Source: the human T2T-CHM13v2.0 reference genome, Homo sapiens
Strand: one strand, 5' to 3'
Assembly (NCBI RefSeq): GCF_009914755.1
Contig: NC_060925.1
Length of the DNA: 64,000 bases
In this document: in pieces, positions 20,584 to 38,046 of the stretch
Layout: every line of letters begins with the position of its first letter
Numbering within the stretch: position 1 is the stretch's first letter
Made by a program: the position numbers and the translations under genes
Notes under the pieces: model-generated
Databases searched by the model: none
Seen by the model: the letters and a program-made list of their open reading frames with translations, nothing else
Told to the model about the DNA's origin: nothing

Positions 20584-21964
20584 ATACCTTGAATTACAAT
20601 TAGAGGCACCCGCATGGGATCTGGGAGACTAAGAAATTCTACTCTATGCTCAGTGATTTACATAGAATGTAAAAGGTATTTCTCACCATTTTAAGACTTT
20701 GGGTTTATATAATCAGAGGAGGTTCTTCCTTTACAAATGTGGCAAAGACTACAGTTTTCTACAAGACCTTTTAATGTTGAGCTTTTAATGTTACATACAA
20801 TTACATTAAATGTTACTGTATGTAATATTAAAAACTACAGTTATAATTTCAAAAAGATTATAGTACATGAAACATTTTCTCTAGCAGCAGCTCTAATGTG
20901 TAATAAAACCTAGTATTATAGGTTAAATTGGATATATCTATAACATAATAAGGTAAGCAGCTATAGATAAGTCAAAGCATGGCAAGTATATGATCAGATA
21001 ATAATCCTGTTTCCTTCAGACCTAACATGTGGTAATACAGTAATTTTGTGTTCTTTAGCTTGTCTGCTGCTTTTGAAAATTCTTTTCAACAGTTAACAAA
21101 TATTGATGAATCCAATTGGAAAAAATAATGTTTACCTATTCATTAGTTCCAAGTCTGTGATAGTTAAATACGTGGGACCATTGTAGTTTCTAGAATAATT
21201 ACATTTAAAATCCCCAGCACCTTGCAAAAATATTTATTCAATTCATATTTTGCTTTTTACGTTATCAACACATATTAGTTTAGAGAGTTTAGCACAAATC
21301 ACTAACTAGACCAGTATTAGTAATCCATTGGTAATTCCAAGTCTCACACTGGATCATCTTGAAAATAGTTCATGGGTTACTATTTTTTTCATTAGTTATA
21401 TATGTCATGCCGAATCAACATTATTTTCAGAAGTCATTCCTCTTTATTTTATTGCCCTTTTGTGTCACTTTCTTTTTCAAATTATAAAAGTAATATATGT
21501 TCATGATGCAAGTTCAGATATTAAAGTAATCATTCCTGATAAACTTAACCCCTGGAAATAATCACCATTTACAGTCTGGTGTATTATTTTCAGTTGCTGC
21601 ATTTATTAATAAAAATATTTTCTCTTTTCAGTTGGTCAGAGGTAGGGGCACCCCATCTTCATTTCCCTCAGTGGCACTTTCTTCCAGAAAATTTGCTGAC
21701 AATATGTTTTTTTTTGTCTGCTAAGATAACTGGGAATTTCATTACCCTGATAGGAAATTTTGATTTTTATTCCTAGTTTTGCTGTTTCTCACTTCCTGCA
21801 GTGTTGGATTTATTGGGCACTGGATGACAACACTCTGTAGTGCTATACAGATTTCCTAGCATGTTCAGATATACATTAACCATGCATAGAAAGGTTGTAG
21901 AAAGCTTAATGACTTTGCCCAAGTTAGCTAACATGTGACTAGCCACGATTTAAATCCCTTCTGA

Positions 21965-22610
21965 TTATACCTATACCTAGGTGAATTCTTCTGGTCCCAT
22001 GACTTTAAATACCATCTGTATTTGAGATGACTCTCAAATTTGTATCTTTAGCCCTGCCTTCCCCCCTGAGCATCAGACTTGTATATGCAATTTAAAAAAA
22101 TACATCTCCGCCTCAGTGCCATCTCAAACCTTGACTTGGCAATAAAGAGAATGCTTGATGTCCTCACCGCTACCTTTTTTCTCCCAAAGACTTCTCCATT
22201 TTAGCTATTGGCATCATTAGCTATCCATTTGCCTAAGCACAAACCTTGGAATAACCTTTGGTTTTTCTCTTCTTCAAGCGTGACATCAATCCATCAGCAC
22301 ATGCTGATTCTAACTACGTTTCCCTAACATAAGTTCATCTCTTACCTAGGCTAACATAATCACATCCCAATTGGTTTTCCTGCTTCCCCTCTGTCTGTCA
22401 TCACCATTATGTGCTATCCTATTACCTTTTTATTTTTTTCATTATATTTAACAATATCTGGTATTATTGGCTTTTGGATCTATTGTCTGTCTTACTTTCC
22501 TTCTAGAATGTAAGCTCTGCAAGGCAGAAACTTTTATCTTGTCACCACTGAATCCCCAAGACCTAGAACACTGCTGGCAGGTAGGTTTCGTGTTGAACCT
22601 GTAAACAAAC
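21965..22610. mobile_element. L2 LINE relic
   Basis: catgactttaaataccatctgta...tgactctcaaatttgtatctttagccc; ctagaatgtaagctctgcaaggcag...acctagaacactg. Confidence 0.75.
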
Positions 22611-23229
22611 AAATTAATTAATAGAAGAAGTCTGGTGCTTGTTCAGTAGTTGGGAATTCAGGAAAATTATTCCTTTGCTGGTTTTCTCAGCGCTGTTTTG
22701 TATAGCGTTGAAAGAACTGAAAAACTTTTATTTAATAATGTGTTCTTGAGATTGATATTAGAGTCTTATTATCTTAGATATACAGTATCACTTAGGCCTT
22801 GCTGAATGCATTTTATGCTCCCTGAGATCTTTTTGGGAGATTTTCTGTGGAAACCTGAAAAGGAAACCATCACAGTGCTTTCTCAGAGAAGCAAGGCTCA
22901 ACAAATGACTGGGAAGAAACTTTTGCTGGTTGAGAGAGGTATTCAGTATGTGCTTCAACAATGATGTAAAAGGGAACAAAGAGAAGTGAATGCAAAACAT
23001 CTTTATTTGCTTTGGACTGCCCTTCTTCCACTAAGGCTAACTTTGAATAAAGAGGAACTCGATACCGGGCCAATGAATAAATTTTTAAAACTGGAAACTT
23101 AAAATGAAGGTTTGAGGATCCTGAAATACTATATATTTTAAAAAATCAATGATTCTTTTAAGAAATGGAAAACAAAGTGAGGGAAGAGTGGGTAGAGAGA
23201 TTGATTGGTCATTCTATATCTAGTGTAAT

Positions 23230-23435
23230 GGAAAAGGTATTTTGTGTCAGCAAGATCTGGGTTTTGATTCTAGTCTTGCCACTAGCTGGCCACATGACCT
23301 TGGATGTCTTGCTTCTGAAATCTAGGCTTGTTATTTCTGTTGGTGGTTTAGGATGATCACATGAGATGAATCTTGGGAAATAATTCTTACAATTATAAAG
23401 CACAATACAAGTGTAATATATTATCCTGATTATCA
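23230..23435 (+). mobile_element. MIR relic
   Basis: gatctgggttttgattctagtcttgccactagctggccacatgaccttgg. Confidence 0.6.
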
Positions 23436-26400
23436 TTATCTCACCATTCTAGTATGAGGATCCAGGGCTTCATTCTCTTGATGTTTTCAACTTTGTGGTC
23501 CCAGAACTCCAATGGCTACAAAGATGCCAAGATCTGAACTCAGAGATTCATGAAACAGCTCTAAATAGTTTTAAATTACTTCCTTGGGAAATTTTTGCTT
23601 GCTTATGTGTATCTGAGATTAACAACAGTAAAAACACCTTTTATATAGCACCATCAGTGAGGCTTTATGTCTTTATTATAAATTTTGGAGCATCCTCCAG
23701 GCTCTCAAAATGAAATCTCTGGATCTACTGAAGAGAGAGAGAGAGAGAGAGACAGCAAGGACTTTCATGTCTTTAAAAGCAATTACAGGCTCAGGTCTCT
23801 GAAAAAGTATTAAGTGCCAAGACTGACGCCTCTGCAACCATTTATTCTTGACATTTTTTCAACTTTTTTTTAAGCCAGACTATTGATGCATTTTAATACC
23901 ATTAGTATTTGTTAAAATTAGTTCAGCAGTATTATTAATTTGTCTTCTTAAAATAAAAGGCAGGAAAACAGTATTATGCATGTATTTAAATAAGTCCCCT
24001 TTCCAGATATTGGAAGGTATGTTTTTAAGTATTCTGGAGAAAAGTCATTTTAAAAAAATTTCCAAGCAGACCATTTTGCTTTAGAAATATTGAAGATGCA
24101 ATATGTGAATCATATTTGGATTTTAAAGCAGGATATTAAACTTCACAGTAAAAATGATTCCATAGTTGTTAAAGTCCAAAGAGAGGTTTACGAAGCCAGC
24201 AGACAGAGAAACTGAAATTCACTTGGAGAGGTAAATGACACAGGAATGGAAACATTGAATAAATAACTTTACAGCAATTTTTCTTGATGTTATTTTATCC
24301 CTTAAAGGCAGACAGATCATTAAAATTAAAATTGTATTAAAAATATTCTCTATAAAAATATATAACCCAATAAAATGAATGTTGAGTCAGCCACGTGTAT
24401 TTCTTTCCAAACCCATAATTTGGATTTGGATTGGATTTCCAAACCCACAATACTAAATTTATTTAGTATTTTGAAATTCATATTTGCTAGGCAGTGCATC
24501 TTAGTAAATTAAAAAATATATATTCCCATTACTTAGTTCATGTAAATAATCCTAAAGGTGAACTGAATTGGCCTTACTGAAATGGAGGCTCATGCCAGGG
24601 CTGACCAGGGAAGGTGAAGAGAGGATAAGAGACATTTTATCTTCATGCATTTGTGTCTTTGCATTTGCTGTTTCTCTCCTGGATGTGTTTCCCATCCTGG
24701 GTCATTTGCTTAAATTCATACCAATTTTTTTTAGCATCTATTTCAAGCACCCTGTTCTCCACTATGACTTCACTAACATTTCTAGATAGATAGTTGCTCC
24801 TTTCTATTGCTGCCTTGTATGTAACTCTGTTATTGCATGTAACACATCATCAATAATTTGCTTACATTTCTGTAGCTTTTGTATTTCCAGTACCTACCTT
24901 AGTGCTTGACATATAGTAAGAACTTAATAAATGTCTGCTGAGTGAATAAATAAAAAAGTGAGTGATAGCTCCTGATCACTGCATAACATAGATACAACTC
25001 ATAAAGTTGTGATTCCTGGCCTCATCCTTGTGGGGCAAGTAGGGGTGGTGGGACAGAGGCTACCCAGAAGATGAACAGAGGGATGGGTTGATTATGCAAT
25101 AAAAAACATTCATTCAGCTTCTGGCACTGTGCCAGGTGCTGTGGGGGAAACTGCAGAGATGTGAGGTACATTGTATCTGCTTTCAGGGGTTTACCAGTTA
25201 GGTTTAAGGGCCTAATTTACCTGTATGAATCATCTAGAGGGAAATTGAAGGCTAAGTTGTAAGACTTGACTGTGTGTCTATGAGGAAGTTAGAAAAGTTA
25301 GAAACCCACATGAGTTGAAGGAGCTTGGAAAGGCTTCATGAGGAGCCACAAGTTAATTTGGGCTCAGCAGTATTGACTGAAGGAAGGGCTGATGAAGTGG
25401 CAAGCCTTGGGCTAGGTGGGAGTTGAATGGGTGGCTGTGTGGGAATTGGCTTGTGGAGCAGTGTTTACTCTGGGAGACCACAGACACTTTCTACACCTAT
25501 GGATGGATTTTAGAGATGCTTTGAACCCCTGGAATTATTTGCAAAATGTTGTATGTATGTTTATATGAGCAGTTTTCCAGGGAGAATTCTCAGCTTTGAA
25601 AGAAGTAGATGCAGATTTTAAAAGAATGTTACGTTTTGTAGTTGTAATCACGAATAGGTAGCATTATCATTATTTATCTTTTCATGAAGTCTTAAAGAAA
25701 GGGAAAAAGGAAGAATTCGATGGGGTAGGGAGGTGAAGGGAGGAGGGAGATTCAGGCTAACAATATAGGTATCAATATTTATTAAATGATCTTTCCCTGA
25801 AAGTGTATCACTAACATGCTGTATCTTTAGCTGATTGTCAAAAGAGATCATCTAAGCGATGGAGGCTACACTGCCTGTTTGAGAGAAACTACTGAACTAA
25901 AAGTGAATGAAAATGTATCCCATTGTTGCCCAAATGAAAATATACTTAATTCAAAGGCAGAAATAATTTTTAAAAATTGTTAGTGCTAGAAAGATGAGGT
26001 ACTTATAAAAAAAAAAAGAATGTATTTCAACCAGATCATGTAAAAGTATGCCCATTCTCCCACTGATTTTTCTTCTACTTGTTAATAGTTTTGCTTTTTA
26101 TACTTAGCACGTTAGCATATTTGAAGTTTATGACATCAAGTAGTGACTCAAGTTATTTTAATGGAAAGCAAGTCATGTTAAGATCACTTCTTGAACAACT
26201 TATGCTTTTGTCATTGACATGATATGCCTAATTGAGGTTTATGTTGTATATATCCTGATTGGGGTTCACTGAGATTTTTGGATTTGTAGATTAAAGTATA
26301 AATTAAATTTTGGAACTTTAAAAAATAAAAATAAAAAATAAAAATAAAAATTGTTAGTGCTTTAACCAGCAAACATTATTTTTTAAGGATTATTCTATTT

Positions 26401-28225
26401 AGGTTTTTGAATGTAGGGATTTGCCTCATAATGAAAAATCTGCATTTCATCATAAAAACTGAATAAAATGAACATGACTTGGTTATTTGCCATAGATGCG
26501 GATTCTTTTAATATTGGATGCTCAGTTTGTATAGAAAACATTTGGATTGGAGCCCCTCTTTGGGCCATTGCCAACTAGAGGTTAACATACTAATATATCA
26601 GAGATAGGAGTGATGGATTTCTACTTCTGGGTGAGTGTTACGCTATCACATGCCCTGAAGTGATAGCTCTATCATGTTGCAATTGTGAGTTAAGGAGGAA
26701 GGAAAGAGATCTATGAAAAAATAAGCTGTTCCTTTGTTTCCTGGCTTGTTCCAAAAAGGATTGCAATAAAAAAGAGTTTCATATTATTGGTTTATGTAAT
26801 TGATAAGAGCCCAGTAATTGAGGAACAAAAAAGTTGTTAAGTTTATGCAAACGAATAATACAAAAGGGATTTTCCCATAATTCTATCTTTAGGAGAGTAA
26901 TTAATTGGATAATAGTTAAAGAAGATAGTAATGTTGAGAGAATGAATAGGTATATAAACCTCAATTATATCTTAAACATTAGTAAGCCATATTTTTACAT
27001 AGAATTCAGTTTAATTGGAGGACCTGAGAAATTTGTTGACACTGGAAACTTGTGCATTTTTGATTTATAAACCTGAAATATGCATAACTAATGTTAATTT
27101 AATAATGTTGAATTTTAATAGCCTTAAAGTCAAGCATTAAGAAAAATGCTCAGATCATACAATTTTATGAGAAATAGACTATTCAACTCTTAATGATTCA
27201 ACATAAAGGGCCACTTCAGTGAATGTTCAAAATGTATTATCACTTCTGTGGTGATCTAATCTTATTTATTGAATCTGGTAACATATATTTATGTATATAT
27301 GAATATGAGAATCTTAATATATATTTTAATATATATATTATTACATTATTCTGTGTAATATACTTTTTGAGTTCTTAATATCTTATATTTTCTATAAAGT
27401 CATATATGTGGCAGATACATATATGGAGATATTTCAGATTATTGTATTGCAAGCTGAGGAATGTAGTATCTTCAGAACTTGCCACTTGCTAGGGACGAGG
27501 TTGGAATGAGAAAGTGTATTGGCCTCATGGCCATTCCTAAGTCTTGGGGCCGAAGGCTGGAGGTTGGCCCTAGTGAACAAATTACTTGGAGGATCCAGAA
27601 GTGGCTAGTGCACAGGAGACAGTGCAATCCATTCCCAATGGGGAGCAGTGGGTCATGACTGGATGAACCATATACATCATCAGTTCTGAAAATGAGGCTG
27701 ATTAAAGGGCATTCAGGAGCAGGGTGAATGAAGCTTCTCTGGGGAAGGAGAGAAGGTCCAGGCCTTTGTAAACAGGATTGAGTTTTCTAGGTTGCCCAGT
27801 CCCAGGTTGACTTTGGCTGGAATTAAAAGTCATGGTTCAGGTAGTTCACCTTTTATAGTTTCGTGCTTATTAACATAAATTTACTTTTATTTTGAATACA
27901 TTTTGCTATAATTAGTTAAAACAATTATAGTAACAAGATGCTTAACTCTCACTCTATAAACAATAGCATTATGAAGGGAATATGGAACAAACAACAATCT
28001 ATTTATGAAGAACAGATCAGTGGTTGCAGCTAGGGTGGGAGCAGTGACTATAAAGGGGTAGCAACAGGAAGTTTCTTGGGGTCATGGAACTGTTCTGGAT
28101 CCTGATAGCGGTGGTGTTTACACACATCTATATGCATTAAAATTCATAGAATCATCTGCCCCAAAAGTCCATTTAACTATACGATAATTGTTTTTAAAAA
28201 GCAAAAAATGCTAGCAGGGAGATAA

Positions 28226-28527
<302 letters not shown>

Positions 28528-31339
28528 AGAAATGTTTAATATATCAAATATACACAACAGAACAAAGTAAATCCTAACAGTCCTAGAAGGCTATAGGAAA
28601 GCCAGAGTCCTAAAAGTATGCCATTTGCCTGTTTCTGAATGTCTTAGGTTGGTGGAAGGCACATTTTACCTGGAAGCTGAAAATGATTTGGTCCCCTAGT
28701 TCTTCTTTTATCTTGCTTTCAAAAATAGACCTGTCTTCCTTCCTTTCTTCTTTCCTCCCTCTCTTCTCTTTCTTTCGATCATTCCTCCCCTCCTTACTCT
28801 CTTTCTTTCTTAAGTTCATGCTATCTGACATGGTGAAGTGGCATTCTAGATTACTTTTTTTTTTTTTGGTCACAAGTGCCTACTGGTGGAAGGGACATGA
28901 AGGGAGGATGAGAAGCTGGTCTAGCTCTGCTCCAATCCTGAGGGTGGACAGTTGAGCCAGAATAAAACCAAAAGTGAAGCCTCACTGCTTACCAGAATAC
29001 ACTTGTGTAGTGCCTACACTACCTGTAGGCCTTCCTGTTTCAGGCAGTAAAGTGTTGTTCTGGAGCTGAGCACCTGCTTTGAGTTAGAATTGAGACAGGC
29101 ACCAGAAGTTGGATGCAGTCCAGACTGATCAGAGGACCCTTGGAATAGACTTTAAGTTGACCTTGACCCTTTAGTCTTCTTTGGATTGGACTTCCCAGGA
29201 TTACTCTGTCCCTTTGAAAAAATATATTTGTGTCTTGGGCCTGAACCAAATTTTAATCAGTCTCCTAGAAATTGTGAAGGGCTGCTATGGCATGGCACAA
29301 CATGGCCTGTTTTCTCAATATTGTCTCTTTAACTTCTCATTTACTTGGCAACCTGATTTCTGATTTTCTGAATGGGTGTTGCTGTGGACATTTGCCCAGA
29401 AAACAGCTCTGAGTGAGGGACTATCAGAGAGAATTTTATGTCTCTTGGGAAGGGAAAGGTTAACTTTTATTTCCAAGAGGACTGGCTGCATGAGTTCTTG
29501 GATGCAGCAGTCCCCAGGAGAGTGCGGTGTGTTGAGCTGTGGCTAGTGTGTGTAGTTCCACACAGGCAGGAGTGGGCTGTGCAGAGCTACTTGTTTACAA
29601 CAGCTTCCTGAATCTGCTAATGCCAGACTGAGTGAATGAAAGATTAGTTTGAAGTTCTTGACCCATATTCTTTACATTAAACATTGATGACCATTTTTTC
29701 TTTCAGTCCTTCCTCTATGTTATTCTGGATTTGAAATCTCTAGCTATGAGATAATATTAACTGAAATTCTTGACATTTGCCAACCCTAGTCACAACCCTT
29801 GCTATAGATCATTTCAACATAAAGCATTTGTCTTTTAGCTTGTCTGAAAATATACTGCAGTATGTTGCTGGTGGTAATGGATTTCTTGGAGTTGAACCAT
29901 TGGGTAGAGGATTTGTGATTGGAGTTTACCATCTGATTTATATGTTCTATGGTCATGATAACTCAGATTTGCAGATCTGGGTACTACTGGGACTGTGGGG
30001 CTATTGTGCCTGACTTAATTGCATATTTAAATGTAAGGCTAGAAGTAAAGCTGAAAAAGCAGATGGATTTGGAAAATGAGATTGTCCTGTTTTGAGGTCA
30101 TATGGAAAGCCAAGAAATTGCTGGAGCAGCTCTGACAGGGATTTCAGGAAAACAGGCTGGTAATATTTCCACTTCTCTCAGCTTGCAGTCTGGCTGAAAA
30201 TGTAGTAAGATCAGCCTTTTCCAAAGGTCTTGGTATTTCTGCAGCTGTTTTCAGAAAGCCTTGAAAGTGAAAAGCAAAGGAGTCCACAGAATCTCAAGTA
30301 TCCATGCTCCAATCACTAAAGCTCTTGGATGATCTAAGTGGAAAAGAGCTGAAGCCATGTAAGTGAAGGTGTGTATGACACAGTTCATGTGTGGAGTCTG
30401 CTCTTTCAGATATGACATCATGTCTGTGGCCCCCAAAAGCTTCCAGGAAAGCATCGGCTTGACAGCGAGGATGCCAAAAAGTCCTTGATAGGAGCTCTGC
30501 ACATTATATTTCCACCTTCTATTATTTTAGATTCTTTTTTGTTCCATTCACCTAAGTCAGCTGGGCCATCTGCCTAAGCCAGCCAACATCTCACATTTTC
30601 TAATTGGTCTAGTTAGTCCAGGGTTAATATGTCACTTACTATCACTAATGAGAGACTGTACTTGCTAGACTCGTAAAGCATTTTTAATGAATGCTTCCAG
30701 TATTATGATTCCTGTTCTACAGAAAAAGAAACCAGGTTTCAGAGAATTTATGTGATTTGTACAAATTATTTGAACAGATTAGTGGATCATGAGGGCTATG
30801 GAATGTATATTTTATACTGTCAGCCACCAACTTTCAAGTGGTTGAAGCTCTCCACATATGTAATGTGTTTAAAAGGAAGTTTAAAATAATAGAAATGACT
30901 AGATTGTGTCAGTGATTTTTAAATATTCTGCAAATGAAACTTAAGTAAAAGTTCAATATGTTAAAGCTACAAGTTCTATTTTAGCATGAATTTATTTCAC
31001 AAGTTCAGGTTTCTAATAACTACTTATCTTCAAATTAACCAGTAACATTAACGAAGCTATTTATGAACACAAGTATTTGAAATCTAGATTTGTAGATGTG
31101 AGTTGGAGCCTTAATATCTAATATATTTTAAAGTTTTGTTCGGTTGTCCCCCACTGAAAAAAAAAACTGATTTACAGATAAATTCTTGAAAATAGGTATA
31201 ATTTTCTTAAAAGCTAAGCCTACTGAAAATATTATTCAATCTGATTGAATCAGACACTTGAGAAATTATTAACAGGTAGTTTTGGACCCACTTTGAATCA
31301 CTATCTAACTATACCTGAAAATATTCATTTTTCCTCTTC

Positions 31340-32785
31340 TCTCCTAAGCCCAGTCCAATTACCATCCTCTGAAACAGCATTTGTCAAGGTCCCTAGACCT
31401 CTGTGTAGCCAAATCTGTCCATAAATTCTCAGTTCTCACTTCATGGGACCCATCATCAGCATTTGACACTCTTGATCACTCCACTTACTCTCCAAGGCTC
31501 GCGCTCTCCTGGCTTTCTTCCCATCTCAAAGGCCACTTCTCAGCTTCCTTTCTGTGCCCCCGTCATTGTCCTGACTATCTCAAACTCCCTATCAGTCCTT
31601 TTCAACCATGGTTTCTCATCTGAACCAAGGACACAAAAAATGATTCCAGAGAATATTTTCTCAACTTTTTCCAAGGAAAATAACTAGTTCTAGGTGCATA
31701 GGAAGGAAGTTAATCCATCACATACAATGGGTGCCTTAGGGCTTTGTCTTAATGTTTCTTCACATAACCTCAGTTGACAAAGGTTGCCAGGCTCAATCCA
31801 CAAACATTAGGCATCTGATGCATTTTCATGACCTTAACTCCATCTATATATTGACAACTCCCAAATTTATATCTCCAGCCCAGGCCTCTATCTGAACACA
31901 AGATAATGTTCTCTCCAATTTGATGCAACCTCTTGTAAATATCTGACATCTCAAACTTCTCATGTTCAAAAACAAAACCCGATCTTTCCCCCAAAAACTG
32001 TTCCACTCAGAGTTGTCATCTCTCAGGCCCCAAATTTTAGTCATCCCTGAACTTCTGGTCTTTCTCTCACATCTTTCATCCAATCCTTTGGCAAATCCTA
32101 CTGTACCTATGTTTCAAATACATCCAGAATCTGACCAATTCTTGCCACCTTTACTTCTACCACCCTGACCTAAGCCACATCATTCTCTAGAGCTTGAACT
32201 ATTCTAGTTGCCTCCTAATTGGCCTCCCTGCTTTCATTGTTGGACCTCTACAGTCTATTTCAAACACAGCAGCCAAATTGATCCAGTCCTTTGCTCAAAA
32301 TTCTCCAGTAGCTCCCAATTACAATATGTATGGTAAAAGCTGGAAACCTTACAATGGCCTACGTGATCTGTAGTGCCTCTTTCCTGACTGCTGCAGTCTT
32401 TTTGCTGTTCTTACAATACATTGAGCAACTTCCACCCAGGGCACTTTCCCCTGCTCCCGCCCCAAACCCCCATGGCTTACTGCTCATTTCTTTCAAGTCT
32501 TTGCTTAGATGATACCTTATCAGTGAGGCCTTTCCCTCCCAACCTTTTAAAAATTGTAACGGCCCTAATCACTCACTATCCCCATTCCATTGCTTATTTC
32601 TCCCTATTGTGTTTATTATTTTCTAATATTTTACATGGTTTGCTTATTTATTTTTATTGTCTTCCTTTTCTACTAGTGTGCAGTTTCCTCAAGGGCAGAG
32701 ATTTTGTCCATCTTGTCCACTACTATATGCCAAGTGTTTGGAACAGTTTGCACGGAGGAATGGTTCCTGAATGAATTGAATGCAT
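31340..32785. mobile_element. L2 LINE relic (L2a-like)
   Basis: catcagcatttgacactcttgatcactcc; caaatttatatctccagccc; ends tgaatgaattgaatg. Confidence 0.75.
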
Positions 32786-35704
32786 GGTGAGCGTTTAATT
32801 TGAAATTTGAAATGTGATTAATGGAATTTTAATCATTTTAAATTCTCCTTGTATTGCACAAAATGCTTCTTAAATGCACGTTGTAACATCATGAGATAGT
32901 CAATCCAGATACCTCAGTGCCCACTCCTGCTAAATATTTACTCAAAGGTTAAAAACCGTCATTGGTTTTGTATGCTGAGGCCAAATTTGAATTTTTAGTT
33001 GCGTGCTGGTACTTCATCTGCAGATGTAGGTATCATGCATTTCAACCCTACATTGCTAAGTTAATCTAATTGAGTATATTGAAAATATCAGTAGGATTCC
33101 AAGTATCTCAGTTCTCTCCCTTCCCCACTGTACTCTGTGTGAGTTGTAGCGGGGCTGGTCCCTGCAGGTTGCATTTCTCTTGGTTGGGCATCTTTCTGTC
33201 TGGGTTGACCTAATTGCAGGCAGTAATGCATGATGAGAGGCAGCTTGGAGAAGCCAGGGTATTTTCCCCTCCTTGTCTGCTGCTGTCAGCTTCCTGCCAT
33301 GGCCACAGCTTCTGTCAAGTGATTCCATCCTAGTGTGTGAGCCAGCTCACACCAGTTCATGAGGGACAATTTTGTTTATTTTTTTCAACTCCACGTTTAT
33401 GTTTTTCCAACTCCATCAATATCACATTGATGACTTAAAATAGGCCAAATCCTGGCTTTCCACTGACAGAGAACCAATTTGTTAAACATTGACCAGCACA
33501 CCCTGGTAGGCTCAGCCCTTGCGTTCTGTAACACCCCTTTTTCCTTTTCTCTCTGGTCTAGGAGTGGTAGTGGCTTCCAACTGTTGCTAGTCCCTGGCTT
33601 ATTCACTCTTCCCTGTTTAGGACTCAATTCCTTGGTCACCTTTGTAAAGAATTTCCTGCATTAATTCTCTTCCCTTTTAGAAACAGGAAATGATTTCTGT
33701 TTTCCTATACTTTGATACAATGCCTAAAATAGAACAACCATGCTATGTTTGAGTGAACTTGAGAGAACCTTTAGCAGCAATACAAAACAAAAATCTTTGT
33801 CTCATCTGAAATATTTGCACCAGTGCCTTGCCTTGGAACACATAAAAATACTTTGATACAAAAAGTAAATTTCTGATCTCATTGCCAAAATTATTACACA
33901 TTATTTTGAAATGCTACAACTTAAAGACAGCACTCTAATATAGTTAACACTTAACATGACATTATCCAATATAGTTTTAAGAGATGCTGCCATTTTATTA
34001 CCTCCTAATACTTGTTTCTGAAGCTTATAGGAACTACTTGAATACTTTTTTTCAATTGCTTTTCTTATAAGTCATTTTCAGTTGCTTTCCTATGGGTTAC
34101 TCATCATTTGTAGACTTGGTCACGTTGTGAATGAGTTACTTCATGGTATGTTCAAAGTCATTTAAATACCTTCCTCTGTTTTGATGTATGTATTGAGTGT
34201 TTTTCAAGGCTATAAACTCCCTTAGGTTTGGCCACAGGAACAAAGTGTACAAAAATGGAGAATAGGAAGAGCTATAACATCCATACTCTCATTTAGTTGA
34301 ATTATAAAGATTTTAGCTGTCTTATTCATCACATATGTTGGATGCCCAGTCTTGGGTGCTGTGAGCTGTGATATCTGACAATGGTACCAATATTTCAGAG
34401 GCAGGGAAGCCTGGTCATTTAACACATTCACTGTGGGGTCAGTAGCTCAGGAGGTAATAGGGTTCACCCAGTGTGTTTCCTTCACATGTGTTGATGTAAC
34501 TTACCCTGAACAATGTTTTTAAATTCATTTTTACCATTTAAATACTACTGGTCCAGACTGAGTAAGCATCCTTGAAACTATATTGTAGTCCCATCTACAG
34601 TCCTACATCAAGGCTTGTTCCAAAATTGCTCCAGGTCGTAGACTTGGACTTTAACTCCATCTTTATCTCTATGCCCACCTTACAGAGTCCTCTAAGGAAT
34701 GTTCTAGAGAGCCCATCTTTCTGTATAATCAGTCTATTTAGAGTGGAGCAAGTGATGAAATTTAATGTGAAAGATTCCTTGATTTTCATATTATCCTATT
34801 GTCTGAAGATTCTGATCAATCTAATAAATATGCAGGTTAGGCCTAGTCTGGTTTTCTTTATCCAGGATCCCTTCTATCCCCAGCTAGAGCCACTAGATCA
34901 CTAAATCAATCGTATGTGCAGGCTGCCTCTGATTTATTTCCCTCACTGCTGCTGGCCTGCCCCTGCCTTTTAGCCCTGATTGGAATGTTTCAATGTTTGC
35001 TTTGTTCTAATACTCTGTCCCTTGTACTCTCTTTTAAATAACCAGCCTCTGACTGTCTTGGTTCTTGTTTACCCACCTTTTCATCAGCCCCTTCCTCATT
35101 CTTCAAGCCCAAATTCCAGCTTGAAGTCTGGGTTCTACAATCTGTTGACAGACTTCCTCGAAGCTTATGATCTGCATTCCTGACCTTCCTAGGAGTGTCT
35201 ACCTCACAATTTTCTGATGTTATGTTGTGCAATGACACCTCATTTTGTTTGTTTTTGCTGTTGCTGACTGGACCATTGTATATCAGATGTGGTGTTTTGC
35301 CTGCCAGACCAAGCCTTCCCGTATTGCATGGGAGTATACTAGTGGCTGTGACCAGACTGATTTTAAGTTCTAATCCCTCTTCCCACTCCTACCCTCAACC
35401 TGCTCAGACCTGACAAAGTAATAGGGAATTGCCCACCCATTTAAGTCCCATAAAAAGCCATACTGCACCACTAGCCACTTCAATTATGATGAGTGGTTTT
35501 ATGGGAAGAAAGGAATTGCAGGCTGATGATAGTAGCTTTGTTGAGTTGGTAGCACTGGATCCAGTCTCTGAGGGAAACATAATGGTTGGATTTCAACTTT
35601 GTAGTATTATTCCAGGAGCATCTGTATAGTATCATAAATATGGGATCTCACATGACGTCTTCCTGTGTCTCAGAAAAATGGACAGAAAGCAGGTTTCAAT
35701 AATC

Positions 35705-36378
<674 letters not shown>

Positions 36379-36930
36379 AAGATTAAAGAATCTTTTGCAA
36401 CAGATGGGGAAATTGAGATTTAGATTGATCAATTGTTGCCCTTGAGATCACACACAGATTTGTTGATAGGATAGATCCTAGGTTTTGGTTTTGGGGAATA
36501 ACAATCCACTGTCCCAGGGACTTCCAACCATTTGATGAAAGAATGGTTTTTAGTTCTCTGAAGTCTTAAGGTAATTTAATTTCAGAGCTGGTCTGGAACT
36601 GACCTTGGAGATTGCCTGGTTATTAGTCTAAACCCTCATTTTCAAGGTACTGATGACAGAGAATAGGGGGTGTGTTCCATTTCCCTACCCCGGATTGTAT
36701 GACTGATGGGAATGGGGAGGTAGAGTAGGACAGAGGTGTATGGTCTATCAAGAAAGGCTTGAAGTCCTCTCTCAATCTTTTGTGCAACCAGTTTTATTAA
36801 ATGGATGGAATTCAATGGGAAGTGAAATAGGGAACAACCTCTACCCAAAATCCCACCCCACCCTCCACTGCCTTCAATAATGTTAGGCTCTTAATTTTTC
36901 CATTTTTCTTTTTTAAAATAATATTTTATT

Positions 36931-38046
<1,116 letters not shown>

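Noticed and set aside
22780-23100. Unique-looking segment with AATAAA motifs as a host-gene exon
   Set aside because: No convincing splice sites or recognisable reading frame. The host locus cannot be named from sequence alone.
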